A DNA stretch of 64,000 nt, taken from assembly GCA_963711565.1 (NCBI GenBank), contig CAVQEQ010000003.1, forward strand, positions 768,001 to 832,000, given 5' to 3'. A program made the translations under genes and the position numbers. Source of the stretch: an uncultured delta proteobacterium (GTDB taxonomy: Bacteria; Desulfobacterota; Binatia; Binatales; Binataceae). This document shows positions 42,368 to 51,560 of this stretch, piece by piece (within the stretch, counting starts at the first letter, position 1; each line of letters begins with the position of its first letter). Under the pieces are notes generated by a model. That model did no database searches. It was not told the DNA's origin and was given only the letters and a program-made list of their open reading frames with translations.

Positions 42368-43048
42368 ATGACTAACCAATCGTCTTCCGCATCCGCTCAG
42401 GGCCTTGGCCGCAGAGAAGCGCACAAGTCGATCGGGCGCAGCCTGGCGATCAACGCGCTTTGCCCCTTTCTGCTCTATCGCATTCTGGAGTCCCACTTCC
42501 CGGCAAACAGCCTGATGCCGCTTCTATATGCGACGATCTTTCCCGTCATCGGGCTGATCGTCAGCCTGGCTCGCAAGCGCACTGTCAACGCCATCGCGAT
42601 CCTCGTGATGGTGGGACTCACACTCCACATCGTCGTCACGCTGCTTGCCCCCAACGTCGGCGTCGCGCTCGTGGTCCGCTCGCTCGACGGCGCGCTCATC
42701 GGGCTCGCATTCGTCATCTCCGCGTTGATTGGCCGCCCTATCCTTCTGTTCGTCGCGAAGCAGGCCGTCGCCGGGGCCGGTGCTGAAGGTGCGGCGTTAC
42801 TCAACAGGATGAACGCCAAAGACGGGGCGCGTGCGTTTTCCACGATCACGATGGTATGGGGCATCGCCCTGATGGCGATGAGCATGGTGCACGTCGTGCT
42901 GGCTCTGAAGCTGGCGCCCGCGGAGTTCCTGCTCGTCTCGCCGGTCGTCGGCGTCGTGACGATTGTGGTGCTTCTTGCCTGGACGGCGCGGTATTTGGCG
43001 GCGCGCCGGAGTCCAGTTCAGACGCCGGCGATCCGCGCGATGTCGTGA
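42368..43048 (+). CDS. Membrane protein (VC0807-like)
   Basis: About 6 TM helices; SALIGRP and TMVWG patterns. Confidence 0.7.
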   Translation: MTNQSSSASAQGLGRREAHKSIGRSLAINALCPFLLYRILESHFPANSLMPLLYATIFPVIGLIVSLARKRTVNAIAILVMVGLTLHIVVTLLAPNVGVALVVRSLDGALIGLAFVISALIGRPILLFVAKQAVAGAGAEGAALLNRMNAKDGARAFSTITMVWGIALMAMSMVHVVLALKLAPAEFLLVSPVVGVVTIVVLLAWTARYLAARRSPVQTPAIRAMS

Positions 43049-43097
43049 AAGTCTACGGCGGTTCGTCCGTCAAGCACGCGTAGCAGAGAGAGGATCA

Positions 43098-44978
43098 ATG
43101 AACAGAAGATCATTTTTGAAAACAATCGGATCGGCGGCGCTCATACCGATTTTGCCGCGCCGCCTGTTTGCGGCGAGTACGAGTTTCAGCCGACGCCGAC
43201 CTTCCGATGCGACGTGGCCATCGCAGGCGGCATGGAAGCAACTCAACGATGCGGTCGGCGGAAATTTGATTCCGGTCGAGTTTCCCCTTTCAGCATTGAA
43301 AACAGATCCTGACGGCGCCGCCGCCAAGCTTCTCATGGACAACATCCGAAATCCTTATTACGTCGGCGATCAACCGGGGCTCACGGAGACCCTGGGATGG
43401 GTCGATGCGTGGGCCACCAAGCCAAGCGCTTACGCGGTCGCGGCAAGAAATGCCCAGGACATTGCAGCGGCGGTGAATTTTGCCCGCGAAAATGACTTGC
43501 GCCTGGTAGTAAAGGGCGGCGGCCACAGCTACCAGGGCACCTCCAATGCGCCTGATTCGCTCCTGATCTGGACGCGGCACATGAACCAGATCGAGATGCA
43601 CGACGCATTCGTCCCGAATGGATGCGAGCATGCTATGCAACCGCAACCAGCGGTGACGGTGGGCGCTGGGACGATCGGGATGCAGGCATACGACGTTGTT
43701 ACGACCAAGGGTGGTAAGTACGTTCAGGGCGGAGGATGCACGACAGTATGCCTGGGCGGACTGGTTCAAAGCGGCGGCTTTGGGAGCTACTCGAAGCACT
43801 ACGGCACCGCCGCGGGAAGTTTGCTGGAAGCCGAAGTAGTCACCGCCGACGGCCAGATTCGTATCGCGAATGCATGCACCAACCCCGACCTGTTCTGGGC
43901 GCTGAAAGGCGGCGGTGGCGGTACCTTCGGCGTAGTGAGCAAGATGACGTTGCGCCTGCATGATCTGCCCGAGTTCTTCGGCGCCGCCGGTTTCACAGTC
44001 AAAGCGGCGTCCGATGATGCCTATCGGCGCCTGATTCGCAAGTTCGTGAGCTTCTACCACGACCATCTCTTCAACGACCATTGGGGCGAGCAGGCCCACG
44101 TCAAGCCCGACAACACGCTCGAGATCAGCATGACCTCCCAGGGATTGGACGCCGATCAAGCGAAAAAGACCTGGCAGCCGTTTCTCGACTGGGTCGCGAA
44201 TTCGACGAACGAATGTTCGATTACGGGACGGGTGAATATCGGATGCATACCGGCGCGACACTGGTGGGACGTGCAATGGTGGAAAGAGCATTGGCCTGAA
44301 ATCGCTTTCCCGAATCCCAATGGCAGTCACCTAATCGGGTTGCTTGACTACGGCCTCGTACACCTGATTCCGCAGCCGCTCTTCAACTTCGACAATCGTC
44401 CCGGCGCGGGACCCAACAACGCATGGTGGAAGGGCGACGGTGGCCAGGTCGCCTGGTTCATCTGGGGTTACGAGTCGCTATGGTTGCCCGCGTCGCTGCT
44501 CGAGAATGACGCGCAGGATCGTCTCGCCGACGCGCTGTTTGCGAGCTCCCGGTATTCAGGTCTCGAACTGCATTTCAACAAGGGACTGGCAGGAGCGCCG
44601 CCCGATGCGATCGCCCTGGCGACAGACACCGCAACCAACCCCGCGGTGCTGACCGCCTTCGCTCTGATGATAGTAGGCAACGCCCAAGGACCCGCGTATC
44701 CGGGAATCCCCGGTCATGAGCCATCCGTCGATAAAGGCCGGGAAGCTGCGAAGCGCGTTGATCGATGCGTAGATCAACTCCGCGCGCTCGTGCCAAACGG
44801 TGGCGCGTACGTGAGCGAGAGCAATTACTTCGAGAAGGGATTTCAGCAAGCATACTGGGGAAGCAACTTCGCTCGCCTCGCCGAGGTCAAAAGGAAATAC
44901 GATCCGGATGGGCTGTTCTTCGTGCATAATGGGGTTGGCTCGGACCAGTGGAGCACGGACGGCTTCACGAAGCTGTGA
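43098..44978 (+). CDS. Tat-exported FAD-linked oxidase (berberine-bridge-enzyme-like)
   Basis: MNRRSFLK, KGGGHSY, DLFWALKGGGG, YWG.N..RL..VKRKYDP. Confidence 0.9.
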   Translation: MNRRSFLKTIGSAALIPILPRRLFAASTSFSRRRPSDATWPSQAAWKQLNDAVGGNLIPVEFPLSALKTDPDGAAAKLLMDNIRNPYYVGDQPGLTETLGWVDAWATKPSAYAVAARNAQDIAAAVNFARENDLRLVVKGGGHSYQGTSNAPDSLLIWTRHMNQIEMHDAFVPNGCEHAMQPQPAVTVGAGTIGMQAYDVVTTKGGKYVQGGGCTTVCLGGLVQSGGFGSYSKHYGTAAGSLLEAEVVTADGQIRIANACTNPDLFWALKGGGGGTFGVVSKMTLRLHDLPEFFGAAGFTVKAASDDAYRRLIRKFVSFYHDHLFNDHWGEQAHVKPDNTLEISMTSQGLDADQAKKTWQPFLDWVANSTNECSITGRVNIGCIPARHWWDVQWWKEHWPEIAFPNPNGSHLIGLLDYGLVHLIPQPLFNFDNRPGAGPNNAWWKGDGGQVAWFIWGYESLWLPASLLENDAQDRLADALFASSRYSGLELHFNKGLAGAPPDAIALATDTATNPAVLTAFALMIVGNAQGPAYPGIPGHEPSVDKGREAAKRVDRCVDQLRALVPNGGAYVSESNYFEKGFQQAYWGSNFARLAEVKRKYDPDGLFFVHNGVGSDQWSTDGFTKL

Positions 44979-45017
44979 GGAACGTCGCCGATGCGCGCGC
45001 GTCCGAGGACATAAAGC

Positions 45018-45761
45018 ATGACCGAGTGGTACGAAGACGACGAATTCTGGGAGAGCTTCGCGCCCTACTTCTTCACGGCCGGCAGGCTCGAGAGCTCAGG
45101 CGCGGAGGCTGACGAACTCGTCAAGCTGCTCGGGGTCGCGCCGGGCGGCAGCGTGCTGGACCTATGCTGCGGCGTCGGACGGCATTCGATCGCGCTGGCG
45201 CGGCGCGGATTGGCCGTGACGGGAGTCGATCGCACGCGCGCATTTCTCGACCGCGCGGAAGTCAGCGCGCGCAAGGAAGGGGCGAGCGTCGAGTGGGTTC
45301 AGGAAGATATGCGCGTGTTCAAGCGATCGAACGCCTTCGACGGCGCGATCAACTGTGTGACTTCGTTCGGCTACTTTGCCGACCCGGCCGAGGACCTGCT
45401 CGTTGCGCGAAATCTCCACGAGTCGCTGAAACCGGGGGCGCGACTTGTGATCGAAATGATGGGCAAGGAGATTTTAGCCCGCGACTTCCACGAGCGGACC
45501 TGGGAGCGATTGCCCAACGGCGCGATTCTGCTGCAGGAGCGCAAACTCAGCAGCGGATGGGACTGGCTCGAGAGTCATTGGATTGTTGTCGGGCAGAAGC
45601 GGCGGATGGAACTGACCTTCTCGAGCCGGCCCTACTCGGGCGCCGAGATTAGGGAAGTGCTGAAGCGAGCGGGCTTCAGGGAAGTGGAACTATTCGGCAG
45701 CTTGAGCAGGTCGCCGTACGACAATCGGGCATCGCGACTGGTGGCCGTCGCGACGAAGTAG
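45018..45761 (+). CDS. Class I SAM-dependent methyltransferase
   Basis: VLDLCCGVGRH, EDMR, TSFGYF. Confidence 0.9.
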   Translation: MTEWYEDDEFWESFAPYFFTAGRLESSGAEADELVKLLGVAPGGSVLDLCCGVGRHSIALARRGLAVTGVDRTRAFLDRAEVSARKEGASVEWVQEDMRVFKRSNAFDGAINCVTSFGYFADPAEDLLVARNLHESLKPGARLVIEMMGKEILARDFHERTWERLPNGAILLQERKLSSGWDWLESHWIVVGQKRRMELTFSSRPYSGAEIREVLKRAGFREVELFGSLSRSPYDNRASRLVAVATK

Positions 45762-45763
45762 GA

Positions 45764-45801
45764 ACCTCTCCCCCAACCCCTCTCCCTTCAGGCGAGGGGA
45801 G
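45764..45801 (+). repeat. REP-like hairpin between convergent genes
   Basis: CCTCTCCCCCAACCCCTCTCCCTTCAGGCGAGGGGAG, same style as the 27974 and 38301 units. Confidence 0.6.
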
Positions 45802-45831
45802 CCGGAACGGGCCATTTCAGGAAAAGAAGAT

Positions 45832-46425
45832 TTACCAATAGCGGACGCGGCCGGTGTCTACGTGCACGAAGTCGCTCTTCGGGTAGTAGCCGACGCCGCC
45901 CGAACGCTGCGCGAGCGCGGCGCCCCGGAGCTGCTCCAGACTTCGTCCCGGCACCGAAATGTCGATCGCCTTTCCTTCGATATGGAGGCTGTGAACGGCG
46001 ACGCCTTCGCTGTTCGCATGGAGCATCGCGTTGGTGAGCGGCGACCGGTATCCGGAAATCACTTGGAACGGTTCGTTCGTGCTGAGCCGATACTGGATTC
46101 GCGTGAGCAAATCGAGCAGCGAGGGATCGATCGGCTTTACTTCGTTGGCGCGGAAATCGCGCAGAACATAGTTGACGCGATCAAGTTCCTCGGGAATATA
46201 GCGGCCATTCTCCCAGTAAGTCGTGGTCAGGCTTTCTCCCGTGTGCAGGGCGTAGAACTTGAGCGAGCGGCGTCGAAGCTGAACTGTAGTGCGAGCCATC
46301 GCGACCGCGGGCACAACGAGCTGCGCCGCGGCCACCGCGCTAATGCGGAGGAACCGCCGCCGCGATAAGTCCGCGGGACGCGTGGATTGCGACTGTGACT
46401 GCTCCCTCAACTTTCGTCGCCGCAA
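45832..46425 (-). CDS. YcbK/DUF882 (MepK-like) peptidase M15, Tat signal
   Basis: SRRRFL, ISGYRSP.TN, SLH..GKAID, FVHVDTG. Start uncertain. Confidence 0.9.
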   Translation of the reverse strand: MRRRKLREQSQSQSTRPADLSRRRFLRISAVAAAQLVVPAVAMARTTVQLRRRSLKFYALHTGESLTTTYWENGRYIPEELDRVNYVLRDFRANEVKPIDPSLLDLLTRIQYRLSTNEPFQVISGYRSPLTNAMLHANSEGVAVHSLHIEGKAIDISVPGRSLEQLRGAALAQRSGGVGYYPKSDFVHVDTGRVRYW

Positions 46426-47458
46426 TAGTACCTGCTGGCGCTCCCCCTGCGAGCTCCGACGCGGCCGTCACGTCGCGCGCGATTCCATCCTGATCGGTGA
46501 CAACTTTCCCGGCCCGATTCCAGTCGATTAGACTATCAACCCCGGCGGCCTGCGCAAGGGCCCTGACCCCGCCGATTCCACCGGTGCCTCTACCGTAAAT
46601 GTCCTTCTCGCTCTCGAGGAAAATCCGTCCGTCGTCGAGTTGGGCCAGCATCAAGGGCAGGTAAACGGTTTCGCCGCGGTCATCCAGATCGACGGCATTG
46701 AACAGCGCCTCGATATTGTCGGGACGCAACCGCACGCAGCCATGGGTCACGTCGCTGTACACGGTCGCGGGATGATTGGTGCCGTGAATCCCTACGATTG
46801 GGAAACTCAGGCCGATCCAGTATTTGCCGAGCGGGTTGTTGGGCCCGGGACCGATCGCGCCGACGTGCCTGCCCTCCTCTTCCCCTTCCCGCTGAATCGA
46901 CGCGGGCGGACTCCAGCTCGGATTTTCCTGCATCTGGATCACCGTGAACGAGCCGATCGGTGTCTGCCATTGCTTGCCGGGTTGCCCGACGGCGACCGGA
47001 TACGCCCCGCTCAACTTGCCCTCTTCGAAATGAAAGAGCATCCGCTGTGGCAGGTTGACCTCGATGAAATCGGATTCTTCGGGAGGAACGATGTGACGAT
47101 TGTCGATGTGAATCGTGTCGCCGGCATGGAGTCGATCGGTGACCTGCTGGTCGTTGTCGCCGGCAAGTATCGCGGCGCTCTCACCGAATCGCGAACCGAG
47201 ACTTGTAAAAGAGTCGCGCGCCTCGGCGATGACATCGAATTCGCCGCCGACGATCTGATGCGCAATCGGCGGGAGCATCGCGGCGGGCGGTTCGACGATT
47301 GTCGCGGCAGGCGGTGGCCTTGCTTCCGACAATGGAGCAGGCGTTGCGTTTGGGCTCGCCTCGGCCAGGACAGATGCGCTCGATGCGCCGGCAGTGAGTG
47401 CGCACGAGAGGAACGCTACGACGATCGCGCGGTTCAGAGTTTGAATTGAAGTTGTCAC
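46340..47458 (-). CDS. L,D-transpeptidase (YkuD/ErfK family)
   Basis: YPVAVG, TPIG, GPNNPLG, GIHGTN...THGCVRL. Confidence 0.9.
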   Translation of the reverse strand: MTTSIQTLNRAIVVAFLSCALTAGASSASVLAEASPNATPAPLSEARPPPAATIVEPPAAMLPPIAHQIVGGEFDVIAEARDSFTSLGSRFGESAAILAGDNDQQVTDRLHAGDTIHIDNRHIVPPEESDFIEVNLPQRMLFHFEEGKLSGAYPVAVGQPGKQWQTPIGSFTVIQMQENPSWSPPASIQREGEEEGRHVGAIGPGPNNPLGKYWIGLSFPIVGIHGTNHPATVYSDVTHGCVRLRPDNIEALFNAVDLDDRGETVYLPLMLAQLDDGRIFLESEKDIYGRGTGGIGGVRALAQAAGVDSLIDWNRAGKVVTDQDGIARDVTAASELAGGAPAGTIAATKVEGAVTVAIHASRGLIAAAVPPH

Positions 47459-47566
47459 CCTTCAATGGTGACCGCTATTGAACGCCAGCGCGAAGGCAGT
47501 TCGTCCGCAAGGGGTCTTGTCGGGACGCTAATGTCGCTATTGAACGCGAACAGAGATCGAACGCGC

Positions 47567-48373
47567 CTATTTCCGCATTTTCTTCAGCGCTTGATCGACC
47601 CCCGGCATTCGCTTGGGGAGTTCTTTGCCTTGCATCCTGGCCACTACGCCGCCGATGCCGAGAACCATGTGATGCGAGTGGGCGTTGCGAATCGCGGTGC
47701 TGAAGCCCATCGCGTCCTGCGCGGAATTGACGGCCCACTTGACCATCCGCAGCGTGAACCGGTCGCTCTCCGCGATTCGATTCGCGAGCGCCATCGTTTC
47801 GGTTTCGAGCTCGGCGCGCGGCACCACCAGGTTGACGAAGCCGAGGCGGGCGGCTTCTTCAGCGTCGACGAAGCGGCTCTGGAAGAGAATTTCCTTGGCC
47901 TTGCGCGGCGGCATGTCCCACGGAATCGAGAAGTACTGCAGGAGCGAAGGCAGGAACTTGGCGTCGTCGGAAGCAACGACGAGATCCATCGCGGCCGCGA
48001 ACATCCAGCCGCCGAAGATGCACAGGCCCTGCACCTGCGCGATGGTGGGCTTGTCGAGGTCGCGCCATCGCAGCGTGTTGTCGAGGAACATCTGGCGCGA
48101 GCGGGAGTACTCGCCGCGCACGCCCTTGGGGAACGGGCGTCGCTGTTGGTCCTCTTTTTCCTCGGACGTGCCGAGGTCGTGGCCGGAGCAGAAATTGTCG
48201 CCGGCGCCGGAGAGAATGATGACGCGGACGTCGTCGTCGGCGTTGGCCTCGGCGAAGGCGGCGTCCATCTCCTCGAGCAGACGCCGCGATTGCGCGTTCT
48301 TGTAGCGCGGGCGATTGAGGATGACCTTGGCGATGCGGTCGTGCTTTTCGTAGAGAACTGGTTTTTCTTCCAT
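47567..48373 (-). CDS. Enoyl-CoA hydratase/isomerase family protein
   Basis: LNRP..KNA, FCSGHDL, KPTIAQVQG..GG. Confidence 0.9.
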   Translation of the reverse strand: MEEKPVLYEKHDRIAKVILNRPRYKNAQSRRLLEEMDAAFAEANADDDVRVIILSGAGDNFCSGHDLGTSEEKEDQQRRPFPKGVRGEYSRSRQMFLDNTLRWRDLDKPTIAQVQGLCIFGGWMFAAAMDLVVASDDAKFLPSLLQYFSIPWDMPPRKAKEILFQSRFVDAEEAARLGFVNLVVPRAELETETMALANRIAESDRFTLRMVKWAVNSAQDAMGFSTAIRNAHSHHMVLGIGGVVARMQGKELPKRMPGVDQALKKMRK

Positions 48374-48549
48374 TGCGATGCGTCCTGATTGAGCGGCGGT
48401 GGACTTCTCTCCGATTACATAAGAAGAGCGGCAAAGAAAAGGACCGGGATTCTTCGCCGCAGCGGCTCTGAATGACAGGGGGCGGGCTTGCTTGAGATTC
48501 GACCGGTTGGATACGGTCACAATCATCTTGGCCAAGGCGGTGCGAATTC

Positions 48550-49941
48550 ATGGCGCTGTGGAAACCCGATCAAACATTTTACCCGTCGGCGCGAATGGCG
48601 ATGCAGGCGCCGCGCGAACAGCTCGGCTACGTCGTCACGTTCAATCCCACGCCGGCGAATGGAAAACATGACGCGTTGTGCGTGCTCGACCTCGATCCGA
48701 AATCGAAGACCTACTCGCAAGTCGTCGGACGCGCCGAAGTGCCGAACACCGGCGACGAGTTGCACCATTTCGGCTGGAACGCATGCAGCGCCGCGCTGTG
48801 TCCATATGCACCGCATCCTCATATAGAGCGGCGTTACTTGCTGGTGCCGGGCCTGCGCTCGTCGCGGATTTATGTTTTCGATACGAAGCCCGATGCGCGC
48901 AGTCCGAAGCTGGTGAAAACGATCGAGCCCGAGGAGATCGCGTCGCGCACGGGATACAGCCGGCCGCATACCGTTCATTGCGGCCCCGACGCGATTTACG
49001 TCAGCGCGCTCGGCGACCCGAAAGGCGACGGACCGGGCGGAATCTTCCTGCTCGATCACGAGAGCTTCGACGTGCTTGGGCGATGGGAGGTCGATCGCGG
49101 GCCGCAGCGGTTCGCGTACGATTTCTGGTGGCATCTCGGCTGGGACGTCGCGGTCACGAGTGAATGGGGCACGCCGAATATGATCGAAAACGGCGTCGTG
49201 CCCGAGCTGCTGCTCGGCAACAAGTACGGCCACGCAATTCACATCTGGAATCTGCGCAACCGGCGCCATCTGAAGTCGCTGGACCTCGGCGCCGAGAATC
49301 AAATGGCGCTCGAGCTGCGGCCGTCGCACGACCCGACCAAGACCTACGGCTTCGTCGGCGTCGTGATCTCGACCAAGGATTTGTCCGCGTCCATTTGGCT
49401 CTGGCATCGCGACGGCGGCGACTGGAAAGTTCGCAAGGTGATCGAAATTCCCGCCGAGCCGGCCGACGAAAGCCTGCTGCCGCCAGCGCTCAAGCCGTTC
49501 AAGGCGGTGCCGCCGCTGATTACCGACATCAACCTGAGTCTCGACGATAAATTTTTGTACGTCGCATGTTTCGGCACGGGCGACCTGAAGCAATACGACG
49601 TGAGCGATCCGTTCAAGCCGAAGGAGACCGGCAGCGTGCGGCTGGGCGGAATCGTGTCGCACGGAAAGCATCCGAAGAGCGGGCCGCTGAACGGCGCGTC
49701 GCAGATGATCGAGCTGAGCCGCGACGGGCGGCGGGTATACATGTCGAACTCGCTCTACGGGGCGTGGGATGCGCAGTTCTATCCGGAGGGCGTGCGAGGC
49801 TGGGTCGCGAAGATCGATTGCGCGCCGGCGGGCGGAATGACGGTCGATCCGAATTTCTTCACAACCTTCGACGGCGAACGTCCGCATCAGGTTCGCCTCG
49901 AGGGCGGCGACTCGTCGTCCGACTCATTCTGCTATCCGTGA
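48550..49941 (+). CDS. Selenium-binding protein SBP56 / methanethiol oxidase family
   Basis: GDELHHFGWNACS, PHTVHC, YDFWW, SEWG, NSLYGAWDAQFYP, GGDSSSD. Confidence 0.92.
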   Translation: MALWKPDQTFYPSARMAMQAPREQLGYVVTFNPTPANGKHDALCVLDLDPKSKTYSQVVGRAEVPNTGDELHHFGWNACSAALCPYAPHPHIERRYLLVPGLRSSRIYVFDTKPDARSPKLVKTIEPEEIASRTGYSRPHTVHCGPDAIYVSALGDPKGDGPGGIFLLDHESFDVLGRWEVDRGPQRFAYDFWWHLGWDVAVTSEWGTPNMIENGVVPELLLGNKYGHAIHIWNLRNRRHLKSLDLGAENQMALELRPSHDPTKTYGFVGVVISTKDLSASIWLWHRDGGDWKVRKVIEIPAEPADESLLPPALKPFKAVPPLITDINLSLDDKFLYVACFGTGDLKQYDVSDPFKPKETGSVRLGGIVSHGKHPKSGPLNGASQMIELSRDGRRVYMSNSLYGAWDAQFYPEGVRGWVAKIDCAPAGGMTVDPNFFTTFDGERPHQVRLEGGDSSSDSFCYP

Positions 49942-50574
49942 CGTCCGCGTGGCCGTGGATAGCGGTCGCGGCGCTCGGCGCGTATCACGGAATCGATCCG
50001 TCGATGGGCTGGCTGTTCGCGGTGGCGCTCGGGCTGCAGGAGCGGCGTCGCTCGAAGGTGATATGGGCGCTCGGCCCAATCGCAGTTGGTCATCTCGTCT
50101 CAATCGCGGCGGTCGTCGCGATCATCGGAGGACTGCGGCTCTTCTTTGCGATCGATCTGCTTCGCCCAATTGGCGCCGGCGCGCTGATCCTGTTCGGTCT
50201 GTTTCGCTTCATCTGGCCGCGCGCACATCCGCGCTGGGTTGCGATGCGGGTGAATGCGGCCGAGCTGGCGCTGTGGTCGTTTCTGATGGCGTCGGCGCAC
50301 GGCGCGGGCCTGATGCTGTTCCCGATACTGATCGGGATGACGCCGAACACCGCGCACGCGCATCAGATGGCCGCATTTTGCGGGACGAATACGATCGCGC
50401 AAGCGATAGCGGTCGTGCTGGTGCATACGGGCGCGATGATCGCGGTGACGGGCGCAATCGCGATCCTGGTTTACGAATGGGTCGGCCTAGCGATCCTGCG
50501 CAGCGCCTGGATCAACCTCGACACAATCTGGCCGGCGCCTGGTCGCCGCAGGAGTCCTATCGCTGGCGATCTGA
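49938..50574 (+). CDS. His-containing membrane protein coupled to SBP56 (C-terminal frameshift near 50530)
   Basis: LGAYHGIDPSMGWLFAVALG, GHLVS, ASAHGAGLML. Restoring two single bases gives ...IWAGALVAAGVLSLAI*. Confidence 0.78.
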
Positions 50575-50597
50575 GGGGTGACGTCTTTGCCCGAAAG

Positions 50598-51560
50598 CTA
50601 ACCGCGCATCCGCTCTCTCGGGCCTAGAAATCGATCGCCGTTGTAGTGGATCAGATGTTCTGGGAGATCAGCGATCCAGACCTCAGTGTCCCAAGCGATC
50701 GTGTTGGTATGGCGGCGAAATTCGGTCATGTCCGGGAATGCCGAAACGTAGATCAATCCAGCGGGACAGTTGGCCAGCATCAATTCGAGCTCAAGCACCC
50801 GTTTGCTAGACATCGGCCCATGCGACGTTACGGCCTCGACCAGGAAGAGCCAGTTCCGCTTTTTGTCGTAAATGATCACGTCCGGAAGCTTGTCATGCTC
50901 AGTTATAGGAATGCCGAGCGTCTTCAACATCTGACTATCGACATGGAGGTTCTTCTTCGCCGTATCGCCGAGATACAAGAGTCTGGGGTCTTCGGCGAAG
51001 CGCGTTGCAAATTGTTCAACAATGGCTTTCTGTAGCTCGTTATGCGACCCCGGCGAGAGGTTGACCACTCCTCCATCTGGAAACCGGACTGGAATCAAAC
51101 GTTTTGAACGGCGTCTCTGATAGATCTCGATCAGCGAGGTGCGACCGGACAAAAATTTCGCGAGCGCTGGCTGCCACTGGGACGTTCCGAAGGTCTTGAT
51201 AGCGTTCAGCGCGGCTTCAGATACTGCATAGTGGGAATGGGGACTGTTGGTTGCTAGGTTTGGCTCGAAAGGATTGTGTTCTGCGACTCCCGCGAGAACG
51301 AATTGATGTAAGACTTGGCGGCGTATTGTTTCTCTTGTGTTCGCCGCATACGCGACTCGGTATTTCTTTTCTCGGACGAAGTCCATGATGCCCTTGGTGC
51401 CAGAGCGACGATCACGGCTGGCCTTCGACCAGGCATCATTGACTGCTATTCCGCAGAGGGCCAAAAGCGTAAGGGCAGAAATCTGATTTTGCTGCGATCC
51501 GGGGAGCCCGAACGCTTTTAGAATTGCCTGAGCTTGTGCGATCTTTTCTGACTTTTTCAC
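50598..51560 (-). CDS. Type II restriction endonuclease, BsuBI/PstI family
   Basis: YAANTRETIRRQVLHQF, LSPGSHNEL, YLGDT, HDKLPDV, LVEAVTSHGP, IAWDTEVW, HYNGDRFLGP. Confidence 0.92.
   Translation of the reverse strand: MKKSEKIAQAQAILKAFGLPGSQQNQISALTLLALCGIAVNDAWSKASRDRRSGTKGIMDFVREKKYRVAYAANTRETIRRQVLHQFVLAGVAEHNPFEPNLATNSPHSHYAVSEAALNAIKTFGTSQWQPALAKFLSGRTSLIEIYQRRRSKRLIPVRFPDGGVVNLSPGSHNELQKAIVEQFATRFAEDPRLLYLGDTAKKNLHVDSQMLKTLGIPITEHDKLPDVIIYDKKRNWLFLVEAVTSHGPMSSKRVLELELMLANCPAGLIYVSAFPDMTEFRRHTNTIAWDTEVWIADLPEHLIHYNGDRFLGPRERMRG

Noticed and set aside
3161-49887. Long antisense ORFs (e.g. 3161-4618, 14307-15725, 25965-27425, 32237-33463, 48523-49887)
   Set aside because: These are shadow frames of real high-GC genes, with no recognisable motifs.
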